Positions 7,803 through 16,272 of a DNA stretch of 64,000 bases are shown here, piece by piece (the stretch's first letter is position 1; every line of letters starts with the position of its first letter). This DNA comes from a virus (lineage: Duplodnaviria; Caudoviricetes): positions 17,052 through 81,051 of IMG/VR virus record IMGVR_UViG_3300028532_000002; one strand, 5' to 3'. A program made the position numbers and the translations under genes. The notes below the pieces were generated by a model. It searched no databases, was not told the DNA's origin, and was given only the letters and a program-made list of their open reading frames with translations.

Positions 7803-9401
7803 ATGTTCGCAGACGCCATCACCGACCCGGCCGTCCAGGAGGCCGCGTCCGCCCCGTGGTGGGTGTGGGCGCTGACCGCCGTGGCCGTCCTGGGTGTGAC
7901 GGTGTGGGTGGTGCTCCGCCTGCACCAGACCGTCCGGGACGGGTGGAGCATCCGGGACGTTCTGCCCCGGGTGGTCGCCTCGGTGCGGTCCGCACGCCCC
8001 CGGCCGGCCGCCGCTGTGACGGTGCCCCGGCCGCGGCCCGCCGCCGCGCCCTCCGTGCCGCCGGTGCCGCCCGCGCCGGACCCCGTCGCCCCGGTTGAAC
8101 CCCCCCAGGCGGCCCCGGTCGAGGCTGCGGGACCGCCCACGGCGTCCCGCCTCAAGGGCCTCATCGTCGCCGCCAGCATCCCGTCCACGTTCTCTCTGGT
8201 GTGGACCGTGTGGACGTTCATCGACATGCTGACCGCGCCGCTGCCCGCCGCGCTGGCGGCCGGTCTGGTCCTGGACGTGGCGCTCGTCGCCGCGGTCGCG
8301 ATCGGATTCCTCGTCCCGGACAGGGCGACCCCCGCGAAGATCGCCGGGTGGATCATTGCGGCCCTGGCGGCGGTGATCGTGGGCTGGCACAGCATGACGC
8401 TGATGACGGTGCTCGTGCTGCTCGGCGCGATTCCGCTGGCGTCCAAGGCGCTGTGGCACCTGGCGCTCGACGCCTACCTGACGCAGCGGCGCCAGCTGGC
8501 GGCCTGGCATGCCCGACAGGAGGACGAGGCGCGGGCGGCGCGGGAGCGGGAGGCGGAGGAGGCCCGGCAGCGGAAGGAGGCCGAGCTCGCCGCGGAGGAG
8601 GAGCGCAAGCGCCGCGAGGAGGAGCTGTCCTCCGACCTGGACCACAAGCAGCAGGTGCTGATCGCCAAGAAGCAGAAGGAGGCCGAGTTCGCCCGGCGGA
8701 TGGCCGCTGCGGAGCTGGAGCTGGAGATGGCCAAGTCCGAGGCCGAGCACAAGGCGGCCCTGGCCAAGATCCGGCGTCTGGGTGAGCAGCAGCGGGCGAT
8801 GGACAAGGAGTCCGCGGAGGTCGAGAAGGGACGCCAGCAGCTGATCCGGGAGATCAAGGCGGGCGAGGGTATCGACTTCGCTGTCGAGGCCGCGCGCCCG
8901 GCGCGGCGTGCACTTGGCCGACCCGACGACCCGACCGACGGTCCCGACGGGCCCGGCGGCGGGAAGCCGGTGGAGGACGTGTGGTTCCCGGAGCCGACCG
9001 ACGTGCAGTGGGAGCGGCACGGGCAGCCGACGGCCCGGCCGACTGCCGACCCGATCCCGGTGGGACAGTCGGTCGACGCCCGACCGACCGCCGACCTGCC
9101 GCCGTTCCTGTGGCCCGACGCCGCCCCGACGCCCGACCCGACCCCGGCGCCGGGTCCGTCGGTGGACGTGCCGCGCGACGACGACGCTCTCCTGGAACGC
9201 GTGCACGCCTTGGTGATGTCCGGGGAGTTGCCGCTGGTGCTGACCCGTGAGCAGCGGGCCGCCGGGCAGGTCGTCCCGGACCGACCGGCCGCCGAATCGC
9301 TGCGCAACGCGGTCGGGTGCGGGCAGGTCCGATCGCGGAGGCTGCGTGACGCCTACCCCGACTACGCCACCGGCCGAGAGAACACGTGGGGTGCGGCGTA
9401 G
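7803..9401 (+). CDS. SpdB-like spread protein (membrane helices, coiled coil, Pro/Thr-rich tail)
   Basis: AAGGAG RBS; several TM helices, long E/K/R coiled coil, C-terminal HTH-like SLRNAVGCGQVRSRRLRD. Confidence 0.7.
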   Translation: MFADAITDPAVQEAASAPWWVWALTAVAVLGVTVWVVLRLHQTVRDGWSIRDVLPRVVASVRSARPRPAAAVTVPRPRPAAAPSVPPVPPAPDPVAPVEPPQAAPVEAAGPPTASRLKGLIVAASIPSTFSLVWTVWTFIDMLTAPLPAALAAGLVLDVALVAAVAIGFLVPDRATPAKIAGWIIAALAAVIVGWHSMTLMTVLVLLGAIPLASKALWHLALDAYLTQRRQLAAWHARQEDEARAAREREAEEARQRKEAELAAEEERKRREEELSSDLDHKQQVLIAKKQKEAEFARRMAAAELELEMAKSEAEHKAALAKIRRLGEQQRAMDKESAEVEKGRQQLIREIKAGEGIDFAVEAARPARRALGRPDDPTDGPDGPGGGKPVEDVWFPEPTDVQWERHGQPTARPTADPIPVGQSVDARPTADLPPFLWPDAAPTPDPTPAPGPSVDVPRDDDALLERVHALVMSGELPLVLTREQRAAGQVVPDRPAAESLRNAVGCGQVRSRRLRDAYPDYATGRENTWGAA

Positions 9402-9415
9402 CCCGCACCCGACCC

Positions 9416-9442
9416 GGGGGCGTCGGACTGTCCGACGCCCCC
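9416..9442. repeat. Perfect 13-bp inverted repeat in CCGAC-rich intergenic DNA
   Basis: GGGGGCGTCGGAC-T-GTCCGACGCCCCC. Confidence 0.75.
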
Positions 9443-9526
9443 GCTGTGATGGACCCGACCGACCGACAGGAGACCCGACGCCATGACCGACACCCGACCC
9501 CCGACCCCCCGACCGGGGTGGTCGCC

Positions 9527-10345
9527 ATGATGGGACGCTCCCACGCGGCGACCGGTGTACTCGCCGGAGTCGCCGTCGCGGCGGCGTTCGGCGCCCACGG
9601 TTCCGACTACTTCATCCTCGCGGCCGTCGGCGCGGGGGCCGCTCTCCTGCCCGACCTCGACGAGCCCGGCTCCACGGTCGGTCGGTCCCTCGGGGGGCTG
9701 ACGCAGGGCGTGTCCCGGTGGACCCGACGCCTGTCCTCCGCCGCGTTCCGGGCGACCGCGACCCGGTGGGACACCGGCCGCATCCGCCGCGAGGAGGACG
9801 GCGAGGGGCTGGCCCCCGGCGGGCACCGCCACCTCACCCACACCCTGCCCGCCGTCGCCGTCTACGGACTGCTCGCGTGGGGGACGGCGTCGCTCGGGCC
9901 GATCGGGCTGGGGGTGACCGTCGCCGCCATGGCCGCGCTCGGCCTCGGCCTGGTCCTGCGGGAGATCGGGGTGCACTCCACCCCGCGGCGGCGCGACGAC
10001 GAGTCGACCATGGCGTGGCGGGCCCGTGCGCGGATGGCCGGCCTCCAGACCGTGGGTGTGCTTGCCGTCGGCCTGGGGATGGGCGCGGTCGTGTTGGACG
10101 GGGGCGCCCCGTGGCTGGTCGGGGTGACCGTCGCGGTGGGGGCGCTGGTGCACATCGGCGGGGACTGGCTGACCCGGGCCGGCGTCCCGCTTGCGTGGCC
10201 GGTCCCGTACCGGGGGAAGAGGTGGCGGATGTTCCGGTCGCCGGTCGCGTTCCACACCGGGAAGTCGAAAGTGGAGGACGGCATCCGGTGGGCGAGCCTC
10301 GCGGGCGCCCCCATGCTCGCGCTCCTTGCCGAGGCACCTCTGTGA
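9527..10345 (+). CDS. YdjM-like membrane metal-dependent hydrolase
   Basis: MGRSHAATG, ALLPDLD, GHRHLTHTL, HIGGDWLT..GVPLAWP motifs. Confidence 0.85.
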   Translation: MMGRSHAATGVLAGVAVAAAFGAHGSDYFILAAVGAGAALLPDLDEPGSTVGRSLGGLTQGVSRWTRRLSSAAFRATATRWDTGRIRREEDGEGLAPGGHRHLTHTLPAVAVYGLLAWGTASLGPIGLGVTVAAMAALGLGLVLREIGVHSTPRRRDDESTMAWRARARMAGLQTVGVLAVGLGMGAVVLDGGAPWLVGVTVAVGALVHIGGDWLTRAGVPLAWPVPYRGKRWRMFRSPVAFHTGKSKVEDGIRWASLAGAPMLALLAEAPL

Positions 10346-10397
10346 ACCGCCCTCGCCTGGATGCCCGACCGGCCATGATGATGAGCAGGAGGACACG

Positions 10398-10631
10398 ATG
10401 AACGACACCGCGATCCCGCTGCCCGCCGACGCGGAAGCACGATTCGCCGCGCTTACCGACGCGTGGCGGCCCCTCTTCGACGAACTCGCGTGCGGGCTCG
10501 AAGCCGCCGGGCGGGTCCTCCAGGAGTCCATGGAGACGTCCGCGCAGTACTGGGCGGTCGCCTCGATGATGCCCACCCTGAGCATGCGGCAGACCATGGT
10601 GCACGGCTACGTGCCCTGCGGGGGGGCGTGA
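10398..10631 (+). CDS. Hypothetical protein
   Basis: AGGAGG RBS before ATG 10398. Confidence 0.6.
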   Translation: MNDTAIPLPADAEARFAALTDAWRPLFDELACGLEAAGRVLQESMETSAQYWAVASMMPTLSMRQTMVHGYVPCGGA

Positions 10632-10864
10632 TGAGCTACCCGCTCCACGGCGGTCCCCTCGACGGGGCGACCGCCCCGGCCGGCGACATCGTCGACGGCC
10701 TGTACACCATCACCCGCTACGTGGGGGCTCCGCTCTCGGCGTTCACCGCCTCCCCCGTGCCGGACGAGGAGGCCAAGCCCGGCGGGCGCGAGACCGTGGT
10801 GTACGAGATCCAGACCTACAGGGGCCGCAAGCGGCTTGAGTACGCAGGAGGGAACACGTGGTGA
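10631..10864 (+). CDS. Hypothetical protein (GGPLDG motif)
   Basis: TGATG coupling; MSYPLHGGPLDG resembles VRLVGGPMDG in 15528..15749. Confidence 0.6.
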   Translation: MSYPLHGGPLDGATAPAGDIVDGLYTITRYVGAPLSAFTASPVPDEEAKPGGRETVVYEIQTYRGRKRLEYAGGNTW

Positions 10865-11340
10865 TGAACGTGCAGGCAGGCGAGGACGTGGACGTGCTTC
10901 ACACGCGCGTCTGTCAGGCGCTGGACGGCCACCGGAGGCGGCTGCACCCGCGCTTCATGGACGGCGCCCTACCGGCGAAGACCGCCGGGGAGCTGTGGGA
11001 GGCCATCGACAAGGCGCGCGCCGCGGCCGACCAGGCCCACGCCGACGGTGACCTCGCCGCGCTCCAGGTGCTGGCGAAACGGTGGCCGTCCCCGGCGCCC
11101 ACCCGGTCGGAGGCCCCCGAGGCATTCGACGCGCTCGCGGACCGGGCGGAGCACCTGATCATCAGGGTCGGCGAGTCCCGCGCCCGGGAGCAGCTGGAGG
11201 AGGAGCTGGGGAAGGCGGTCCAGGGCGCCCAGGAGGGGGCCGTGACTCTGGTGGCGGTCGCCGTGGAGGGCGCGATCCGGCAGGCCCGGGACGCGGTCAG
11301 GGACCGGCAGGACGTGTTCGCGAAGAGCAGCGAGGAGTAG
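10864..11340 (+). CDS. Hypothetical helical protein
   Basis: TGATG coupling; GC3-rich codons. Confidence 0.6.
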   Translation: MNVQAGEDVDVLHTRVCQALDGHRRRLHPRFMDGALPAKTAGELWEAIDKARAAADQAHADGDLAALQVLAKRWPSPAPTRSEAPEAFDALADRAEHLIIRVGESRAREQLEEELGKAVQGAQEGAVTLVAVAVEGAIRQARDAVRDRQDVFAKSSEE

Positions 11341-11342
11341 AC

Positions 11343-11612
11343 GTGAACGAGGACGAGCAGGGGGCCGCCGCGTACCGGCGCGACGATGGATGGACGCCCC
11401 GGGGCGAGGCCGGGCAGCGGACCCTCGCGGAGGCCACGGCCGCCGCCCTCGGGCACGAGATCGTCGAGGAGGACGACATGACCCCCCAGGACCGGCCGTG
11501 CGACGACGGCCACTTCCTGCCGAAGGACGAGGCCGACAAACGGTACGGGACCTGCACCAAGTGCGGGTGGTTCGTAGACCAGTGGGCCGACCAGGAAGAG
11601 GAAGGCCCCTGA
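11343..11612 (+). CDS. Small protein with Cys/His motif
   Basis: GTG 2 nt after upstream stop; PCDDGH...CTKCGW; followed by a terminator. Confidence 0.55.
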   Translation: MNEDEQGAAAYRRDDGWTPRGEAGQRTLAEATAAALGHEIVEEDDMTPQDRPCDDGHFLPKDEADKRYGTCTKCGWFVDQWADQEEEGP

Positions 11613-11645
11613 CCACAGGTCCCCCAGGATGCGGCCATAGCCGCT

Positions 11646-11678
11646 GGCCCTCACCTTCGGGTGGGGGCCTTCTGTGTT
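11646..11678 (+). terminator. Intrinsic terminator ending the transfer operon
   Basis: GGCCCTCACC-TTCG-GGTGGGGGCC then TTCTGTGTT. Confidence 0.7.
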
Positions 11679-11797
11679 CGCCCACAACTGCTAGCGACCT
11701 GCAACTTTCGCTTGCTCTTGCAGTTGGCGCCCGAGCGGGACGGGCACCCTGTCGGTCCCGCACGGTAGGACAGGAACCTCACCACCCGAGGAGCCCC

Positions 11798-12139
11798 ATG
11801 CTGCCGCGCTGCGCCGACACCACCATCCTGACCGACACCGAGACCGCCACGCTGACCCCGGACGGGCCCGTGCAGCTGGCGCTCATGGAGACCGAGGAGT
11901 CCGCGGAGGAGTTCCGGTGCGAACTCCAGGCCGCCCACCCCGACCGGCATGCCGGGTACGTGCAGGACGGCGACGACGAGATGGTCTGGTGGGTGCGGTG
12001 GGGGCCCGGCGGCCCCCGGGAGCTGGTCACCGTGCCCAACGACGACCACTGTCAGGGCGAGCTGCCCGAAGACGAACTGGTGTGCACCCTGCTGGAGCAC
12101 TGGGGTGGGCACTGCTTCGAGCTGGAGGGAGGACAGTGA
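11798..12139 (+). CDS. Hypothetical acidic protein with Cys/His motif
   Basis: GAGGAG RBS; HC...CTLLEHWGGHC. Confidence 0.6.
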   Translation: MLPRCADTTILTDTETATLTPDGPVQLALMETEESAEEFRCELQAAHPDRHAGYVQDGDDEMVWWVRWGPGGPRELVTVPNDDHCQGELPEDELVCTLLEHWGGHCFELEGGQ

Positions 12140-12228
12140 CCCGCGCGTGAGGCCGGTCGTCCCGGCACACGTAGAACCTGTCCTCTTCCCCTTCCTCGGG
12201 CGGGGTCGCCCGGCTACGGTGGGCTCCC

Positions 12229-12435
12229 ATGGACACCTCCAAGGACACGACCCGTATCCAGCCGTCCGGGATCTGCCGGCGCGGCCACCACGAGTGGCGG
12301 CACGACCGTCCGGGCGGAAAGCGGCTGACGTGCACGCGGTGTCGATCCATGTCGATGACGAACTACTCCCCTGAGGGCGGGGGCTGCCGGTCGGACTGCG
12401 CGGACTGCAACCCCCGCCCCCCTGAGGGTCAGTAG
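12229..12435 (+). CDS. Cys-rich mini zinc-finger protein
   Basis: CRRGHHEW...CTRC...CRSDCADC. Confidence 0.5.
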   Translation: MDTSKDTTRIQPSGICRRGHHEWRHDRPGGKRLTCTRCRSMSMTNYSPEGGGCRSDCADCNPRPPEGQ

Positions 12436-12533
12436 TTCTTCGCGCGGAACGCCCCGCATGTGCTGCACTGCTCGGTGCCCGGGTTCGGTCCGGGCCCCCA
12501 GTCGTGCTGCCCGCCCTGACAAGGTCCTGACAT
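12429..12533 (-). CDS. 34-aa mini zinc-finger peptide (not in supplied track)
   Basis: GGAGGT RBS; MSGPCQGGQHDWGPGPNPGTEQCSTCGAFRAKNY. Confidence 0.55.
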   Translation of the reverse strand: MSGPCQGGQHDWGPGPNPGTEQCSTCGAFRAKNY

Positions 12534-12661
12534 GGCCACCTCCACAGGGAGATGTACCCCGTGGGTGGTTCGTGCTGGTGGCCAGGTGTGGCCAGAAGCA
12601 ATGCCGGGCTCCCGCCCCTTGGGGAGGGTGAGGGCAGAGGGGTAGCCTCGAAGGGTGTCGC

Positions 12662-12701
12662 GACAAAACCGACCCCCGCCAACTGGTCTGGCGGGGGTCG
12701 G
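12662..12701 (-). terminator. Terminator after DUF397 gene
   Basis: ACCGACCCCCGCCA-N7-TGGCGGGGGTCGGT with a T-run on the minus strand. Confidence 0.7.
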
Positions 12702-12720
12702 TCACGTCACGCAGCAGCTC

Positions 12721-12897
12721 CTACTGGACGCGCACCGCCGCGAGGAGAGCGGTCCACTCGGGGGCCGGGGCCTCCAGGTGGCCCAGTTCCCGGTTCTGGG
12801 TGTCCCGCATCAGCGTCTCGAAGCCCTCGCTGACCTCGACGCAGTTCCCCGATCCGCTGCTGTAGCTGGCTTTGTGCCACGTGCGGGTTTCATTCAT
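12721..12897 (-). CDS. DUF397 domain protein
   Basis: WHKASYSSGSGNCVEV...RDTQNRELGHL...EW signature. Confidence 0.92.
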   Translation of the reverse strand: MNETRTWHKASYSSGSGNCVEVSEGFETLMRDTQNRELGHLEAPAPEWTALLAAVRVQ

Positions 12898-13709
12898 CGT
12901 CCACCGACCTCTCGCAACATCGTGAGTGTCGCGGCTTCCGAAAGGGCCTCTCCTTGGAGAAGACCAAACGTGGTCGCGCACTCCTGGTATCGATCCATAT
13001 CGCTGATGACCGTCTCCCCGGTCATATACTCCGCCGATGCCACGGGGGGCTCGTCCGCGAAGGTGTACAGCCTGAAAGCGCCACCACTGCCGTAGTGACG
13101 CCCCGTGCTCCGGGGGATGATCTGAACCCTGACCTTACCGCTGTCCATGTCGTCGAGGACCCTCTGCACCTGATTTGTCAGCAGCTCAGGGCCGCGCGCT
13201 CCGACCTGCTGGTGGAGGACCGCTTCGCCGAGGAGGCACAGGACCAGGGGGCGGGGTTCTTCGTCCAGGAGACGCTGTCGCGTCATGCGGTTGTGCACGA
13301 GCTGATCGACGGCGGATGAGGGCATGCCGGGGAAGATGTCCTCGAAGACCGCGCGGGCGTAGTCCTCGGTCTGGAGCAGGCCGGGGATGACGAGTGGCTG
13401 GAAGTCGCGGATCTGGGTGGCCGCGGTCTCCAGCTCGGGCAGTTCCGCGAATCGGAACGGGGTCTGCACCTGGCGGCGGACCTTGGCCCATTCGTCGGCC
13501 AGGCGACCTCCGGCCTTGAGGTGCTCGTCGAGCTGGTTGATGTACTTCTCGTCGACCTTGCGGGATCCCGTCTCCCACGAGGAGTAGTAGCTGCCCACGA
13601 CGTCGAGTTTCTTGGCGACGTCGATTTGCCGCAGGTTCAGGTCCTCGCGGTGCTTCTTCATCTGCTTCCCGAAGTGCTTCCATGCCGGGTCGGTCGGGCG
13701 CTTCGACAT
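12894..13709 (-). CDS. XRE HTH + DUF5753 regulator (WhiJ/Scr1-like)
   Basis: N-terminal HTH, FQPLVIPGLLQTEDYARAVF, LGEAVLHQQVG; coupled to DUF397. Confidence 0.92.
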   Translation of the reverse strand: MSKRPTDPAWKHFGKQMKKHREDLNLRQIDVAKKLDVVGSYYSSWETGSRKVDEKYINQLDEHLKAGGRLADEWAKVRRQVQTPFRFAELPELETAATQIRDFQPLVIPGLLQTEDYARAVFEDIFPGMPSSAVDQLVHNRMTRQRLLDEEPRPLVLCLLGEAVLHQQVGARGPELLTNQVQRVLDDMDSGKVRVQIIPRSTGRHYGSGGAFRLYTFADEPPVASAEYMTGETVISDMDRYQECATTFGLLQGEALSEAATLTMLREVGGR

Positions 13710-14024
13710 TCACTCCTCCAAGATTTCGCTGAGATGGTCAGATTACACAGAAATTTCACCCCAAGGGAAGAGTCTTCTGTGAAATCTCCTATCGCGCGAC
13801 CGTTCCGTGAAGTCCCTTGATCTGGATACTTCACTACGGGATCGTGTGGGCACGGAGAAATATCTGTGGAATGCGGAGAAGCCACCCCATTGCGGATGAA
13901 TGCCTTGCCGTAGGACAAACGCTCCACACGGTGACACATCCGACCAAAAGAAAAGCCCCGACGGCCGAAGTCAGAGGCGGCCGTCGAGGCTCAGCGCCCC
14001 ACCCCGAAACACCCGAGGTGAGAC

Positions 14025-14477
14025 ATGCAGAAGTGTACCGCTCCACCCCTGCCACTTCCACGCCGACTGTGCGGAACCGACACCAGGTCGGGCATCCTGA
14101 TCGGCCCCGACCGCGCACACGTCCGGGTCGCCCGACAGTGGGCGTCTCAGGCCACCCGATCCCGGACCGGCCTGGCCGAGCCCGTCGCGGTCGTCGTGTC
14201 CGAGCTGGCCACGAACGCCCTGATGCACACCGCATCAGGGCTGGCCAACGGCACCGTCCGCATCGAGCTCGAACGCACGCCCCGCCACCTGGAACTGCGT
14301 GTCACTGACGGCGGGCCCCGCCCCGGCCTCGTGGGCACCCTGCCTGCGATCCCCGACCCGGCTCCACTTCGGGTCGGCGGCAACGGCCTGCGTCTGGTTG
14401 AGGCCATGTGTTCCTACTGGGACTGGTCGCAAGGGACCGGCGGAGCGATCACCGTGCGAGCCGTCTTCCACTGCTAG
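14025..14477 (+). CDS. HATPase_c ATP-binding protein (AbaA/anti-sigma-like)
   Basis: VVVSELATNALMH, LRVTDGG, GNGLRLVEAM; divergent from the XRE-DUF397 pair. Confidence 0.9.
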   Translation: MQKCTAPPLPLPRRLCGTDTRSGILIGPDRAHVRVARQWASQATRSRTGLAEPVAVVVSELATNALMHTASGLANGTVRIELERTPRHLELRVTDGGPRPGLVGTLPAIPDPAPLRVGGNGLRLVEAMCSYWDWSQGTGGAITVRAVFHC

Positions 14478-14773
14478 CCCCCAGCTTCCGCGCCGACCGT
14501 TCCCGGCGCGGAACCACTGTGGTGCAGCGGTGACGCGCCTCCTCCCGTCCCATGGGGAGGATTCCGCCGCCGCACCACACCCGGGCCCTGCACCGCACCG
14601 CACCGCAGGGCCCGGGGCCCACACCACACGCCCCCGCAGCACACGCGGGGGCTCCCCACCCGGCCTGGACGCCGGGGCGGGGCCGCCGATCGGGAAGTCG
14701 GCGGCCCCGCACACCCCCGCACACCCACAGACCTCCGGGAGATCCCGTGACACCCGCCACCCCCACTCCTGCC

Positions 14774-15121
14774 ATGGAGCCGCAGGGCTACCCGCACCGG
14801 ACCCAGGTCACCGCCTGGCCGAGCACACCTGCTCAGGTCGGACGGTGGGTGGCAGCACACCTGACCCGTGCCGGCCGGACGGTACCCGAGGTGTTCGTGA
14901 CGGACCTGCGACTACTCGCCGAGGCGTTCCCGGAGCGCGCGGTGTACCGCGTGGTGTGCTGGCCGGGCGAGACCACCCGCGTGCACCTGGCCCCCGTAGA
15001 GGCGGCCGAGCCGTCCCCCGCTGTCCCTGTCCTGGACCGGCCGGGCGCGGAGTGGGGGCCGCTGCCTGAGGGTGGCTGGTGGATCCAGAGCCCCACCCAT
15101 CCCAGCTCTGCTGAGAGCTAG
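14774..15121 (+). CDS. Hypothetical protein
   Basis: ATG 14774; GC3-rich codons; followed by a terminator. Confidence 0.5.
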   Translation: MEPQGYPHRTQVTAWPSTPAQVGRWVAAHLTRAGRTVPEVFVTDLRLLAEAFPERAVYRVVCWPGETTRVHLAPVEAAEPSPAVPVLDRPGAEWGPLPEGGWWIQSPTHPSSAES

Positions 15122-15184
15122 GCCCACAGTCCCCCGGGGTGGAACCCGGGTGGGCCCGACGGGGAAGCAGGTAGTCGGGCCCGG

Positions 15185-15214
15185 CCCCGCCCACTGAAAG
15201 GTGGGCGGGGTTTT
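15185..15214 (+). terminator. Intrinsic terminator
   Basis: CCCCGCCCAC-TGAAAG-GTGGGCGGGG-TTTT. Confidence 0.75.
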
Positions 15215-15274
15215 CGCGTTCCCGCCCGCCCGGCACGCCCGGGTGGAAAAATGGGGCGCCCGAGAGGAGCGAGA

Positions 15275-15448
15275 ATGGCTGACACCCCCGAGAAGCCGAA
15301 GGTCATGAAGGGCTGGTCGAAGGCGTCGAAGCGCCGAGCAGCGACGAAGCGGAGGCAGCTCCCGGGAGGTCGCGACCAGGGTGAGCCTGTGGACCCGAAG
15401 GCACCGTGCGAGACGTGCGGAATCCGCGGCGGCTGCGACTGCCGGTGA
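15275..15448 (+). CDS. Small basic protein with CxxC-x4-CxC
   Basis: GAGGAG RBS; K/R-rich N-terminus, CETCGIRGGCDC. Confidence 0.55.
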   Translation: MADTPEKPKVMKGWSKASKRRAATKRRQLPGGRDQGEPVDPKAPCETCGIRGGCDCR

Positions 15449-15527
15449 ACGTGCTCCCCGCCTCTGCGGGGATGGTCCCCTCAATCGGGACGACACCACC
15501 TGCTCCCCGCACGCGTGGGGATGGCGT

Positions 15528-15749
15528 CTACGGCGCCCAGCCCTGCCAGTGCCACACGGTGGGGTCCGCGCCGGGCGCGGCTCCGTACACGACGCGCCCG
15601 CCCGGGAGATCCGCAGGCGCTTTCAGGTCCGAGTCGGGGATCATGATCGTGCCCGGCTCCGGGTCCTCGTACACGGACGCCCGTTCCACGTCCTGTACGG
15701 TCCCGTCCATCGGGCCGCCGACCAGTCGCACCTGCACCACTTCGCTCAT
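15528..15749 (-). CDS. Hypothetical protein (GGPMDG motif)
   Basis: GGAGGA RBS before ATG 15749. Confidence 0.6.
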   Translation of the reverse strand: MSEVVQVRLVGGPMDGTVQDVERASVYEDPEPGTIMIPDSDLKAPADLPGGRVVYGAAPGADPTVWHWQGWAP

Positions 15750-15822
15750 GCTGTGATCCTCCCAGCCGGATACGACCTGTGGACGAGGTGGCCGAGATCG
15801 GCCAGCGGGGTACACCACCTGC

Positions 15823-15954
15823 ATGGACACTGCTCCCCAGACCCCGGAAGACCGTGACGATCAGGCGTGGCTCGCAGGCCTCTTGGCGGAGCTGAGCACC
15901 GAGGATGCCTACGAGATCGCCGAGTCGCTCGGCATCGACCCCGACACCCTCTGA
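15823..15954 (+). CDS. 43-aa acidic peptide (not in supplied track)
   Basis: MDTAPQTPEDRDDQAWLAGLLAELSTEDAYEIAESLGIDPDTL; TGATG overlap with next gene. Confidence 0.5.
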   Translation: MDTAPQTPEDRDDQAWLAGLLAELSTEDAYEIAESLGIDPDTL

Positions 15955-16259
15955 TGCCCGCGCCCACCCACCGCCCGCCGCCCATGGTCCGTGTGACCGT
16001 CCAGGGGGTGCGCCTGCACGCCTACCTCCTCGCGTGGGTGGGCGCCGCCCGCGCGCGTGTGGGGTGGTGCGAGCAGTACCAAGTTGTGCCGGGGGTGGCT
16101 GAGCCCTACCAGTGGCGGTGGGTGGAGCAAGACCTGCCGCGGGGCGACGTGGAGACACTGGACGGCCAGTCGGCCCTCGCGGTGCCGCGGGCGGAGACCG
16201 CGCAGGAGCCGGAGCAGGACACCGACCCCAGGACGTGGCGGCAGATGAAGCGGGGGTGA
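15954..16259 (+). CDS. Hypothetical protein
   Basis: Coupled to upstream peptide; convergent with glycosyltransferase. Confidence 0.55.
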   Translation: MPAPTHRPPPMVRVTVQGVRLHAYLLAWVGAARARVGWCEQYQVVPGVAEPYQWRWVEQDLPRGDVETLDGQSALAVPRAETAQEPEQDTDPRTWRQMKRG

Positions 16260-16272
16260 GGCGGTCGAGCGC

